A stretch of DNA of 64,000 bases from an uncultured Alphaproteobacteria bacterium (lineage in GTDB: Bacteria > Pseudomonadota > Alphaproteobacteria > HIMB59 > GCA-002718135), in the NCBI GenBank assembly GCA_902621725.1, contig CACNND010000001.1:83726-147725 (forward strand). Reading direction: 5' to 3'. The notes beneath the pieces were generated by a model. The model saw only the letters and a program-made list of their open reading frames with translations. It was not told the origin of the DNA and did no database searches. A program made the translations under genes and the position numbers. Shown one piece after another: positions 9,917 through 19,634 of this stretch (the first letter of the stretch is position 1; every line of letters begins with the position of its first letter).

Positions 9917-10600
9917 TTAGTCTGTTAAAGCAATACTGACTGTTGGTTCATTCGGCCACATTCTACAAGTTCCACCTGCATCAACTGCACCACCTACTGC
10001 TGTCGATACATCAAATGATACTTTTATTTTTGGAGATACAAGGCCAACTGTATAACTACTAGTTAAGGCGTAAATTAATTGCATTTGAGTAGCTGATGGT
10101 GAACCCACGCTCATAGACACTGCTGAACTTGGACTAGAATAGGCAATTTGAATATTGCTTCCAGAGCCATAATTACCGGCATCTACTATTTCAAAAGTTG
10201 TATTAGTTTTACCTGACGTATCGTCTTTTGTTCCTACATGCATAGTTGTTGCATTAGCCTCTGTACTTCCATCAGTAGTACATGTTCCATTTGATCCATC
10301 AGTAACAGTTCCGCTTATTGTAAATGTTCTATCAAGAGTAACTCTCAAATGACTGAAAGTTTGTCCAATTGGTAATCCAGATGTTGATCCAAATTTTGCT
10401 GCCTCAGCACCTGCTGAAAGATTTGCAATATTAACACTCTGCGAACCAGAAGCCACTTCCGTTGGCGAAGAACATGTCACTTCTCCACACAGTTCTACTT
10501 TTAACATAGTAACAGTGTAAGTATCTGCAGAACCAGAAGCTCCAAAAAGTTTAAAAGAAATTAATAACAATGAACAAAAAACTATTAGAAAATTTTTCAT
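9917..10600 (-). CDS. Secreted Thr/Ser/Gly-rich beta-rich protein of unknown function
   Basis: Clear signal peptide (MKNFLIVFCSLLLISFKLFGA) and three Cys-containing segments. Its start overlaps the stop of the upstream barrel gene by 1 nt (TAATG). Confidence 0.6.
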   Translation of the reverse strand: MKNFLIVFCSLLLISFKLFGASGSADTYTVTMLKVELCGEVTCSSPTEVASGSQSVNIANLSAGAEAAKFGSTSGLPIGQTFSHLRVTLDRTFTISGTVTDGSNGTCTTDGSTEANATTMHVGTKDDTSGKTNTTFEIVDAGNYGSGSNIQIAYSSPSSAVSMSVGSPSATQMQLIYALTSSYTVGLVSPKIKVSFDVSTAVGGAVDAGGTCRMWPNEPTVSIALTD

Positions 10601-11484
10601 TAATTTGACCTTGCCATTACTACACCTGATCCTTCAGACTCAATTATTTGTTTATTAGTTCTTCTAACAATACTAAGTAACTCCGTACTCATATCAAACT
10701 GAACAAAAGCTTTTTCACTTACAAATTCTGTTGAAGCAGTTGGTGTTTCTCTTGGAGGATAAATAAAAGTAATTTTTGCAAAATTATCAGTTCCAGAAAT
10801 ATTATTGTCATCAAAACCTACTTCGGCTATTAAATTTGGAGTTAAGGCCATTTCTAAACTAAATTTCTCACCCTTAGAATCTTTAGAATTCTTTTCAGCT
10901 TCCCAGTTATAAGAATTACCAATTACATTAACCCATGGAATATATGGAACTTGACCAACAACACTAATCTCATAACCGTCAAGTGTTCTTTCAGTATAAT
11001 CTCCAACAGTTTTATCTCCACTTATTGCAGAATAATAATTTGCTAAAGCATCAAAAGCAGATGATCGAAGTTCTAACCCAACACTAGCTCTAGCATTTCC
11101 TTTTTCATCGTAATCAAAGAAAAAATTTGCACCCGTCATAGAAGTTTTACTATCTGATAACTTTCTGTAACCAACTCCAATATTTCCAGCTAATCTACTA
11201 TCACCTCTTATTTTATGATCACTTAATTGTAATTGGATAAAGGTCGCATCAACACTATGATGTATTGCTATTGGTCTAACTGTAACAATAGAAAATTCAG
11301 GTTTGTAATCCTCTCCCATATCAATACGGACTTGTGTATCGCCCGCACCATCTAATATGTTTTCTACAGCATCAGATAATCCAGAGGTAAATCTTTCAAT
11401 TAATCCTTGTTTGACTTTTTGTTCATCACTAGCAAACAAATTTGTAGAAAATAAAAGGACAAAAAGGAGAGTTATTAATCGCAC
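10600..11484 (-). CDS. Inverse-autotransporter (intimin/invasin-type) beta-barrel domain protein lacking a passenger
   Basis: Signal peptide plus segments colinear with the intimin beta-domain as I remember it: GNIGVGYRKL (NLGLGYRYF), GANFFFDYD (GVNAFYDQD), ERTLDGYEISVVGQVPYIPW (ERPANGFDIRAEGYLPAWP), LEMALTPNLIAEVGFD (VGLNYTPVPLITLGVD). The protein ends about 50 aa after the barrel. Confidence 0.65.
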   Translation of the reverse strand: MRLITLLFVLLFSTNLFASDEQKVKQGLIERFTSGLSDAVENILDGAGDTQVRIDMGEDYKPEFSIVTVRPIAIHHSVDATFIQLQLSDHKIRGDSRLAGNIGVGYRKLSDSKTSMTGANFFFDYDEKGNARASVGLELRSSAFDALANYYSAISGDKTVGDYTERTLDGYEISVVGQVPYIPWVNVIGNSYNWEAEKNSKDSKGEKFSLEMALTPNLIAEVGFDDNNISGTDNFAKITFIYPPRETPTASTEFVSEKAFVQFDMSTELLSIVRRTNKQIIESEGSGVVMARSN

Positions 11485-11586
11485 AATTATTTATAACTGT
11501 ATTTAAAAAAATAATAAGCATTATTTTTAATTTATAATTTTGCACTATTTACTTAACAAATCGAGAGAAAATTCATAAATTCAGAA

Positions 11587-12693
11587 ATGGTTTATCATAT
11601 AAATACCAATTATTCCGTTACTTTTGATGATGTTCTGCTCTCACCAGCGTATTCGGAGATAAAACCAAAAGATGTAGATACATCGATTACCATTGGAAAA
11701 GTCAAATTACATATTCCTATACTTTCTGCTGCTATGGATACCGTGACAGAGAATAAAATGGCGATCAATTTAGCACTTAATGGCGGTCTTGGTGTTATTC
11801 ACCGTAATATGCCAATTGATAAACAAGCAAGTGAAGTCAAAAAAGTTCATAGTTTTAAAGTTAACGGTAAAAAATTTCAAAATGCTGTAATTAATTCTAA
11901 CAAACAAATTGCAGTAGGTGCTGCAATCGGTGTTGAAAACAATGCGTACTTACGACTATTAGAATTATCAAAAGCCGGCGTTGATATAGTCTTTATTGAT
12001 GTTGCTCATGCACACACAAAAACAACTTTACATTTTATTGAAAAAGCAAAAAAAGTTTTAAAGAAAACCCCTCTCATAGTTGGAAACATTGCTACAAAAA
12101 AAGCTGCATCAGATTTAATTAGTGCTGGTGTTGATGCTATCAAAGTAGGTATTGGACCAGGATCAATTTGTACTACAAGAGTTGTAACTGGTGTTGGTAT
12201 TCCTCAACTCTCAGCTGTGATGGATACATTTCAAGTTGCCAAAAAATTTAAAATTCCAGTAATTGCAGATGGAGGAATAAAAACATCAGGTGATATTGCG
12301 AAAGCTATAGCAGGTGGTGCAAGTGCTTGCATGATAGGCTCTTTATTTGCCGGCACTGAAGAGTCACCAGGGAAATTATTAACGATTAAAGGTAAAAAAT
12401 TTAAATCATATAGAGGTATGGGTTCTGTAGGAGCAATGCAAAAAGGGTCTTTTGATCGATACTCACAAGAAGAAACAAAGAATGCAAAAAAATTAGTGGC
12501 AGAAGGTGTTGAAGGGATGGTTCCATATAAAGGTAAAATAGAAGATGTAGCCTATCAACTTGTTGGTGGTTTAAAATCTTCGATGGGGTACACTGGTCAT
12601 AAAACGATTAAGAAAATGCAGGGTAACTGTAAATTTGTCTTTATTTCAAAAGCAGGAGCCCGTGAAAGTAATGTCCACGATGTCATTATGTAA
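11587..12693 (+). CDS. guaB: IMP dehydrogenase lacking the CBS/Bateman subdomain
   Basis: Colinear with bacterial GuaB ([27 protein letters not shown] catalytic Cys loop, ADGGI, YRGMGS, ESNVHDV). It is only 368 aa, with a linker of about 20 aa where the roughly 120-aa CBS pair normally sits. Confidence 0.85.
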   Translation: MVYHINTNYSVTFDDVLLSPAYSEIKPKDVDTSITIGKVKLHIPILSAAMDTVTENKMAINLALNGGLGVIHRNMPIDKQASEVKKVHSFKVNGKKFQNAVINSNKQIAVGAAIGVENNAYLRLLELSKAGVDIVFIDVAHAHTKTTLHFIEKAKKVLKKTPLIVGNIATKKAASDLISAGVDAIKVGIGPGSICTTRVVTGVGIPQLSAVMDTFQVAKKFKIPVIADGGIKTSGDIAKAIAGGASACMIGSLFAGTEESPGKLLTIKGKKFKSYRGMGSVGAMQKGSFDRYSQEETKNAKKLVAEGVEGMVPYKGKIEDVAYQLVGGLKSSMGYTGHKTIKKMQGNCKFVFISKAGARESNVHDVIM

Positions 12694-12735
12694 TAATGTA
12701 TCGAATCATCATTGAATTGATACAATAAAAAAAAA

Positions 12736-13227
12736 ATGGTTTCAGCATCAACAAAACATAAAGTAGCAATTGTTATGGGTAGTAAGTCTGATTATGCTAC
12801 CATGAAAAATTGTGAAAAAATTTTAAAATTACTGAAAGTTAAGTTTGAAACCAAAATTGTTTCTGCACACCGTACACCAGAGAGAATGTTTAAATTTGCC
12901 AAAGAAGCTGAAGATAATAATATTTCTATCATTATTGCTGGCGCAGGAGGTTCTGCGCATTTACCAGGAATGATTGCATCATTGACAACTATACCTGTAA
13001 TCGGCGTACCAATAGAAAGTCGTAAATTAAAAGGATTGGATAGCTTATTATCAATAGTACAAATGCCAAAGGGTATTCCTGTTGGTAGTGTGGCAATTGG
13101 TGAGGACGGCGCAATGAATGCCGGTTTATATGCAGCCTCCATTATTGCTCTTACGAATAAAGAAATTAAGAAAAATTTAAAAAATTATCGAAGTAAACAA
13201 TCAAAAGCTGTTAAACAAAAACCATAA
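12736..13227 (+). CDS. purE: N5-carboxyaminoimidazole ribonucleotide mutase (class I PurE)
   Basis: [15 protein letters not shown] motif. Adjacent to purK. Confidence 0.92.
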   Translation: MVSASTKHKVAIVMGSKSDYATMKNCEKILKLLKVKFETKIVSAHRTPERMFKFAKEAEDNNISIIIAGAGGSAHLPGMIASLTTIPVIGVPIESRKLKGLDSLLSIVQMPKGIPVGSVAIGEDGAMNAGLYAASIIALTNKEIKKNLKNYRSKQSKAVKQKP

Positions 13228-13230
13228 GTC

Positions 13231-14274
13231 ATGAATACACCAACACTTGGCATTATCGGTGGTGGACAATTAGGAAGTCTTTTAGCAGATGCAGCAAAAA
13301 AAATAGATATACAAACCGTCATATTAAGTGATGATCCTGATTCACCTGGAAAACACTTTGCGACTAAATTTATTTTTGGTCAGTATAATGATGATACAAC
13401 GATAAATAATTTTATTAATGAAGTTGATCTTGTTACATATGAATTTGAAAATATTCCCTTCGCAATACTAAAAAAGATTAATGAAAAGAAACAAGTTTTA
13501 CCTAAACCAGAAATTAATCAACTCATTCAACACCGGGAAACAGAAAAAAAATTTCTCAATGATAATAATATAACAACTACAAAATATGTAATTGTCAAAA
13601 ATGAAAAAGATTTGAGTGAAAATGTAGACTTGCTTCCAGGTCTATTAAAAACAACAACGTTAGGATACGATGGCAAAGGTCAGTATAAATTAAACACTAT
13701 AGATGATATTACGAACGAGATTGATTTTACAAAAGAATACATTTTAGAAAAACTCATTCATCTTAAAAAAGAAATTTCAGTCGTCATTACTCGTTATGAT
13801 CAAAATAGTTATGAGATATATGATCCTATTGAGAATGTTCATGAAGAACAAATTTTAAAATATTCAACAATACCAAGTGATATTTCTGATGATATACGAA
13901 AAAAATCGATTGAGTGGGCAAAACACGTTGTAGAAAAACTAGATTATATTGGAACGTTATGTGTAGAATTTTTTATTGATACTGATGATAATTTATATGC
14001 TAACGAAATTGCTCCTCGTGTTCATAATTCTGGACATCTGACAATTAACTCTCATAATATTAGTCAATTTGAAAATCATGTACGAGCAGTATGTGGCTTA
14101 GAAAAGATTGAAACAAAAAAATTATATAATGCCAAAATGATTAATTTAATTGGTGATGAGATATCACCGTACCGAAATAAAAAATTTAAGGATAACGAAT
14201 TTTTTTATGATTATTTAAAAACAGAAATTAAACAAAAAAGAAAAATGGGTCATTTAACTATTATAGAAAAATAA
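13231..14274 (+). CDS. purK: N5-carboxyaminoimidazole ribonucleotide synthase
   Basis: ATP-grasp protein with an N-terminal GIIGGGQLG. It follows purE by 3 nt. C-terminal RKMGH motif. Confidence 0.9.
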   Translation: MNTPTLGIIGGGQLGSLLADAAKKIDIQTVILSDDPDSPGKHFATKFIFGQYNDDTTINNFINEVDLVTYEFENIPFAILKKINEKKQVLPKPEINQLIQHRETEKKFLNDNNITTTKYVIVKNEKDLSENVDLLPGLLKTTTLGYDGKGQYKLNTIDDITNEIDFTKEYILEKLIHLKKEISVVITRYDQNSYEIYDPIENVHEEQILKYSTIPSDISDDIRKKSIEWAKHVVEKLDYIGTLCVEFFIDTDDNLYANEIAPRVHNSGHLTINSHNISQFENHVRAVCGLEKIETKKLYNAKMINLIGDEISPYRNKKFKDNEFFYDYLKTEIKQKRKMGHLTIIEK

Positions 14275-14284
14275 ATTATTAACT

Positions 14285-15181
14285 TTAATTAAATTGATCA
14301 GTTAACTTTGTTACGAGTTGATATTTGTTAGCAACATTTGCTAAATCTTCTCCTTCACGAAAAGATTGCTTATCTAATTGTTTAGTGGGATCTCCACCAG
14401 GCCATATTCGCCAACTATCATTATCAACAACATCAGATAAAACTAAAGAATTGTCCGATACTTTAAAACCAAGCTCAAACTTAATATCAACTAAATGTAT
14501 AGGACCATCAATTGTCTTAATAGTTTTCCATTTGTCTTCTATAAGCTCAAAACTTGGAAGAATAATTTCATTAATAGCTGTTTCTAATTCTTGATCAGAC
14601 AGTAATTTTTTAGTTTTCATCAAGCTTTTGCTTGTTATAGGTTGTTTGGCAGAAAATAATTCCCACTCTTCTCCAGTTTTAACAAAAGGATCCGTAAATA
14701 CACCCTCTTCCCATTTTCCATCTTTTAAAAATTGTCTTCTCGCTTCACTCTCATCCATTTGAACAGGTTCTGGAACATGAGGTGGAATAACAACAGCTTG
14801 TTTATGAAATATTTCCCAAACTAAATTTTCAAATTGATGAGGATTGCTTTTGTCTTTTGCAAATTGTGTGTTTCTACTTAAATAACTTCCCCAAGCATAA
14901 CGTCTTACTACAAATTCTAAAGGAAGCATATTACAGTTGTAACTTAAAAGACTATTTGGAGAATCTTGTTCAATAAATGATGTTGCAATATCTGCATTCG
15001 TTAGCATACTAAAAACATTACTTGTTTGTTTTGTCTTTTGTATTCCAATATCTTTAATTTCCTCTTTCTTGGCTGCATCTCCACCTGTTAAAAAATCTTT
15101 TGTTACAATTCGAATGACATTTTGATCATTTGTTTTTTCAATAATTTTTGTTTTTCCTTCAACTAAAAAAGAATTACTCAT
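14285..15181 (-). CDS. purC: SAICAR synthetase (long form)
   Basis: SAICAR_synt signature region (LVLSDVVDNDSWRIWP). I prefer the ATG at 15181 (MSNSFLVEGKTK...), which overlaps the purD stop by 8 nt. The ORF track extends to 15223. Confidence 0.85.
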   Translation of the reverse strand: MSNSFLVEGKTKIIEKTNDQNVIRIVTKDFLTGGDAAKKEEIKDIGIQKTKQTSNVFSMLTNADIATSFIEQDSPNSLLSYNCNMLPLEFVVRRYAWGSYLSRNTQFAKDKSNPHQFENLVWEIFHKQAVVIPPHVPEPVQMDESEARRQFLKDGKWEEGVFTDPFVKTGEEWELFSAKQPITSKSLMKTKKLLSDQELETAINEIILPSFELIEDKWKTIKTIDGPIHLVDIKFELGFKVSDNSLVLSDVVDNDSWRIWPGGDPTKQLDKQSFREGEDLANVANKYQLVTKLTDQFN

Positions 15182-16451
15182 CAATATATCTCCAACCAAT
15201 ATCTTTTCGATAATATCCCTCATCCCAGTTAATTTGATTGATTATATTGTGAATATTCTCTCTAATAGTTTTTAAATCTTTACCCGTATTAGAGATATTT
15301 AATACGCGCCCACCATTAGAGAGCCATTTATTTTCTTTAAACATTGTTCCTGCATGAAATAGATAGTCATCTGTTGTTAAATTAAGATTTTCCAAATTAT
15401 TAATTGATGTTAATTTTTTATAATCCTCAGGATAACCATGAGCAGCCATTACTACTGTCATGGCATAATCATTTTTCCACTTAATTTTTTTTATTTCATT
15501 TAAGGTGCCTATTGCTGATGCATGAAGGAGTTCTAATAAATCTGTTTCTAATAGTGGAACAATTGCTTGTGTTTCAGGATCGCCGAAACGAACATTAATT
15601 TCGAGTAAATTTGGCCCCTTGTCTGTTAGAATTAATCCTGCATAAAACATTCCTTGATAGTTGATGCCTTGTTCAGCAAGATATTGAACAATAGGCTCAA
15701 CAAATGTTTTGGATAATTCATTCATTTTATTTGATGAAATAGAAGGAACAGGTGTGTAGGCTCCCATACCACCAGTGTTTAATCCTTTTTCTCCTTCCAA
15801 GATTTTTTTATGATCTTGTGCTGTTGTAAGTGGCAACACAAATCCATTTTTATCAACAAGTGAAAATAAACTTACCTCTTCACCAACTAAAAATTCTTCA
15901 ATAACAACAACTGAACCAGCATCACCAAAAGAATTATCTTTAAAACATTTAATCAGTGCATCTTTTGCATCTTCCATTGTTTGACAAATAATAACTCCTT
16001 TTCCAGCTGCTAAACCATCAGCTTTAATAACAAGAGGATAGGATTGGTTTTGACAAAAATTCAAGGCATCATCATAGTTGTTAAATACGTCATAAGCAGC
16101 TGTTGCAATATTTAATTTTTTACAAATATCTTTTGTAAACTTTTTTGATTTTTCTAACTCTGCTCCCATCTGATCAGGACCAAAAACTAATATAGAATTC
16201 TTCATTAAGAGATTCGATAAACCTTTAGTTAAAGGTAGTTCTGGACCAATTACTACAAGATCAATTTTACTTTCTAGACAAAATTGAAGAATAGCGTCAT
16301 GATCATCAACATCTGTGATAATCGAAGAAGCAATCTCACTGATACTATCACTTCCAGGAATACAATATAAATTAGAACAATTAGGAGATTGTTTTATACC
16401 ATAACATAGTGCGTGTTCTCTTCCACCATTACCAATTACAAGAACGTTCAT
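15174..16451 (-). CDS. purD: Phosphoribosylamine-glycine ligase
   Basis: MNVLVIGNGGREHAL start, ATP-grasp core, and the length are typical of PurD. Confidence 0.95.
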   Translation of the reverse strand: MNVLVIGNGGREHALCYGIKQSPNCSNLYCIPGSDSISEIASSIITDVDDHDAILQFCLESKIDLVVIGPELPLTKGLSNLLMKNSILVFGPDQMGAELEKSKKFTKDICKKLNIATAAYDVFNNYDDALNFCQNQSYPLVIKADGLAAGKGVIICQTMEDAKDALIKCFKDNSFGDAGSVVVIEEFLVGEEVSLFSLVDKNGFVLPLTTAQDHKKILEGEKGLNTGGMGAYTPVPSISSNKMNELSKTFVEPIVQYLAEQGINYQGMFYAGLILTDKGPNLLEINVRFGDPETQAIVPLLETDLLELLHASAIGTLNEIKKIKWKNDYAMTVVMAAHGYPEDYKKLTSINNLENLNLTTDDYLFHAGTMFKENKWLSNGGRVLNISNTGKDLKTIRENIHNIINQINWDEGYYRKDIGWRYIDE

Positions 16452-16471
16452 GAAAAAAAATAATTCATTTA

Positions 16472-17959
16472 TTAATTATTTGAAGCAAGACTTAAAAATG
16501 ATAGTTTTTTTAAGTTTTCGTCATTCAAGTAATCTAAAGGTCTGACTGGATAATCTCCTGTAAAATAATGATCAGTAAATTGAGGATTATCATTATCCCT
16601 CTTTTCATAGCCAAGTGCTTGGTAAAGACCATCTAATGATAAAAATTTTAACGATTTAGCTCCAATATATTTACACATTTCCTCTAAATTTTTGTTTGCG
16701 GCCAATAATTCTTCTTGGGTTGGAGTATCGACTCCATAAAAATCGGGATATTTAATTGCAGGTGAAGCAATACGCATATGGACTTCTTTTGCTCCAAAAT
16801 CATAAAGCATTTTTATTATCTTAGTGGATGTTGTTCCTCGAACCAATGAGTCGTCAATTAAAACTACTTTCTTTTTTTTAATAGAACTTTGGTTAGGATT
16901 TAGTTTCAACTTTACACCTAAGCTTCTAATTTGCTGAGTTGGCTCAATAAATGTTCTCCCCACATAATGATTTCGAATTAAACCTAATTCAAAAGGAATA
17001 CCAGATTCTTGACTAAAACCAAGAGCAGCAGGAACACCAGAATCTGGAACTGGTACAACTACATCAGGTTTTATATCGGTTTCTTTTGCTAAGTATGTAC
17101 CTAAATTTTTTCTATATTCATAAGCAGTTTTGTTTTTTAAAATACTATCTGGTCGAGAAAAATAAATATATTCAAAAACACATGGTTTAATTTGTTTCTT
17201 TGGAAATGGACGTCTACTTTCAATTTTGTTGTCTCTAATAACTACTACTTCTCCATTTTCTATTTCTCTAATAAATTTTGCACCAATAATATCTAAGGCG
17301 CATGTCTCAGATGCTAAAATAAATGCATTTTTTAATTTTCCTAAAATGAGCGGCCGAATACCTAATGGATCTCTTGCACCTATTAGCGTGCCATTCGCTA
17401 TTATAGAGAGAGAAAATCCACCTTGTATTTGCATCAATGCATCAATGATCTTATTTACTATTTCTCTTTTTCTCGAACGAGCCACAAGTTGTACTATTGT
17501 TTCTGTATCTGAAGTTGTTTGAAATATAGCTCCTTCCCTTACCATTTGTTCACGTAATAAAAGTGCATTTGTCAAATTACCATTGTGAGCAATACTTATG
17601 GCTCCTCCATGAAGGTCAGCATAAAATGGTTGTATGTTTCTTATTGTTTCGCCACCTGTTGTTGAATAACGATTATGTCCGATGGCAATTTTTCCTTTAA
17701 GTTTTTCTAGAGAATATTTTTTTGTAAAATTGTCACCGACTAAACCAAATCTTCTTTCAGAATGATATGATGTTCCATCATAACTTACAATACCACAACC
17801 TTCTTGACCTCTGTGTTGTAAAGCGTGTAATCCTAATGCAGTCAAAGCAGCGGCATCTTTTGATCCACTGATTCCAAAAACACCACATTCTTCATGAAAT
17901 CTTGGAAAATGAGATTGGCTAACTTTAATTTTTTTTTGGAAATTTAATCGATTTTTCAT
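16472..17959 (-). CDS. purF: Amidophosphoribosyltransferase
   Basis: CGVFGI N-terminal nucleophile after a propeptide, plus the PRTase motif VVLIDDSLVRGTT. Confidence 0.95.
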   Translation of the reverse strand: MKNRLNFQKKIKVSQSHFPRFHEECGVFGISGSKDAAALTALGLHALQHRGQEGCGIVSYDGTSYHSERRFGLVGDNFTKKYSLEKLKGKIAIGHNRYSTTGGETIRNIQPFYADLHGGAISIAHNGNLTNALLLREQMVREGAIFQTTSDTETIVQLVARSRKREIVNKIIDALMQIQGGFSLSIIANGTLIGARDPLGIRPLILGKLKNAFILASETCALDIIGAKFIREIENGEVVVIRDNKIESRRPFPKKQIKPCVFEYIYFSRPDSILKNKTAYEYRKNLGTYLAKETDIKPDVVVPVPDSGVPAALGFSQESGIPFELGLIRNHYVGRTFIEPTQQIRSLGVKLKLNPNQSSIKKKKVVLIDDSLVRGTTSTKIIKMLYDFGAKEVHMRIASPAIKYPDFYGVDTPTQEELLAANKNLEEMCKYIGAKSLKFLSLDGLYQALGYEKRDNDNPQFTDHYFTGDYPVRPLDYLNDENLKKLSFLSLASNN

Positions 17960-17960
17960 C

Positions 17961-18530
17961 TTATTTTTTTTTACTTAGAATTTTTTTTGCAACCATCTGT
18001 AATGCTTTTGGATATATTGTGTGTTCTTCTATCAATATTTTCTTTGAGAGTGATTCGGTATTATCTTTCTTCAAAATCTTTACTTTTTTTTGCAATATAA
18101 TCTTTCCGGAGTCAATTTTAGAGGTGACGTAATGTACACTACAACCAGAATAGGTTGCTTTAGCCTCTATTGCCTGATTCTGAGCATTTAAGCCTTTAAA
18201 AGCTGGGAGATAAGACGGGTGAATATTGATTAATCGCAATCTCCACTTTCTTACAAATTTTGAGTCTAAAACTTGCATAAAACCAGCTAAACAAATGATA
18301 TCAATATTTTTAAGATACTTGATGACTTTATTTTCAAAATTTTTTCTTTGAACACAATGTATAGATGGAATTTTATTTTTTTTGGCAATAACTAAACCTT
18401 TTGCTTTAGAATTATTAGATATGACTAATTGAACTTTTACTAAACTTTGTTTTTTATATGACGATTGAATAAGTGATTCTAAATTTGAACCTCTTCCTGA
18501 TATAAAAATAGCAACTTGTAATTTTTTCAA
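17961..18530 (-). CDS. purN: Phosphoribosylglycinamide formyltransferase
   Basis: SGRGSNL, NIHPSYLP and the formyltransferase core. Overlaps purM by 4 nt. Confidence 0.9.
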   Translation of the reverse strand: MKKLQVAIFISGRGSNLESLIQSSYKKQSLVKVQLVISNNSKAKGLVIAKKNKIPSIHCVQRKNFENKVIKYLKNIDIICLAGFMQVLDSKFVRKWRLRLINIHPSYLPAFKGLNAQNQAIEAKATYSGCSVHYVTSKIDSGKIILQKKVKILKKDNTESLSKKILIEEHTIYPKALQMVAKKILSKKK

Positions 18531-19561
18531 CTAATTGTACACCTTGATGATTTGTTTACTTCTATTTTTCCAATTTCAAAAATATCTAAACTTTCATCTT
18601 TTATTAATTGCTCAAATTCTTTGTAATTTTTTTTTGAAATAGTCATAATCAAACCCAATCCACAATTAAATGTCTTTAACATTTCTTCATCTGAAATATC
18701 AGCTAAATTCTGAAACCATTTAAATATTTCTTCAGTGTAAATAAATTTTTTATCAATTGTTGCTGAAAGGTTATCTGATAGCATCCTAGGAACATTTCCA
18801 ATAACACCTCCACCTGTTATATGTGAAATACCATTAATTAAATTTGTTGTTAGTATTTTCTTTAAAAAGGGAAAATATAATTTTGTTGGAGCCATTAAAG
18901 CTGCTGCATTTGTGTCGTAAGATGATTTAAATTCTGTTTTTTTATTTAGATCTATATTTTTATCTTTTAAAACTTTTCTAATAAGAGAGTATCCATTTGA
19001 ATGAAAGCCTGAAGATTTAATACCGTAAAGTAGATCTTCTTCTTTCATTACATCTCTTTTAGGTAAAATTTTTTTTCTCTCCACAGCACCAACACAAAAT
19101 CCAGCAAAATCAAAATCATCTTTTTTATATAGTCCAGGCATCTCTGCTGTTTCACCACCTATAAGAGAACAATTATTAATCTTACAAGCTTCAGTAATGC
19201 TTTGCATAATTTTCAAAAAAGAATTTTTATCAATTTTAGATGAAGCGTAGTAATCTAAAAAAAATAATGGCTCTGCACCATGACAAAGAATATCATTGAG
19301 ACACATACCAACAAGGTCATGACCTAAACCATCTAAAATATCAGTTTCAATACCGAGTAATATTTTAGTACCTATGCCATCTGTTCCAGACACTAATAAA
19401 GGATCTTCGTACCCACATTTTTTTAAGTCAAAAATTCCACCAAATCCCCCAATTTTATCAAAATTTCCACTTCTGTTCGTTGATTTGCTTAGTTCAGAAA
19501 TATTTTCGACAAGAGCATCTGTATTTTCTATATCAACCCCTGCTTCTTTATATGTTGTCAT
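18527..19561 (-). CDS. purM: AIR synthetase
   Basis: YKEAGVDI start and DGIGTK motif, PurM/AIRS family. Confidence 0.95.
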   Translation of the reverse strand: MTTYKEAGVDIENTDALVENISELSKSTNRSGNFDKIGGFGGIFDLKKCGYEDPLLVSGTDGIGTKILLGIETDILDGLGHDLVGMCLNDILCHGAEPLFFLDYYASSKIDKNSFLKIMQSITEACKINNCSLIGGETAEMPGLYKKDDFDFAGFCVGAVERKKILPKRDVMKEEDLLYGIKSSGFHSNGYSLIRKVLKDKNIDLNKKTEFKSSYDTNAAALMAPTKLYFPFLKKILTTNLINGISHITGGGVIGNVPRMLSDNLSATIDKKFIYTEEIFKWFQNLADISDEEMLKTFNCGLGLIMTISKKNYKEFEQLIKDESLDIFEIGKIEVNKSSRCTIS

Positions 19562-19634
19562 ATTTAATTAGTTTTAAACGAATCGTTAACGAGTAAACTA
19601 TTAATATAGTAAATTAAGTTGATTCGTACTCATA

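Noticed and set aside
12792-13142. 116-aa ORF antisense to purE
   Set aside because: It lies entirely inside a confidently identified purE, and its product has no recognisable motifs.
15182-15223. 14-codon N-terminal extension of purC overlapping purD by 50 nt
   Set aside because: The internal ATG at 15181 gives the conserved PurC N-terminus with only an 8-nt overlap. The extension has no counterpart in PurC proteins I know.
17226-17522. 98-aa ORF antisense to purF. ORFs 14325..14594, 19374..19571, 19805..20032, 20659..20892, 20705..20944 and 21905..22105 are similar, lying inside the pur genes.
   Set aside because: All are embedded in strongly supported pur genes, most on the opposite strand (20659..20892 is same-strand, out of frame in purL). 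They are shadow ORFs with Phe/Ser/Leu/Ile-rich composition.
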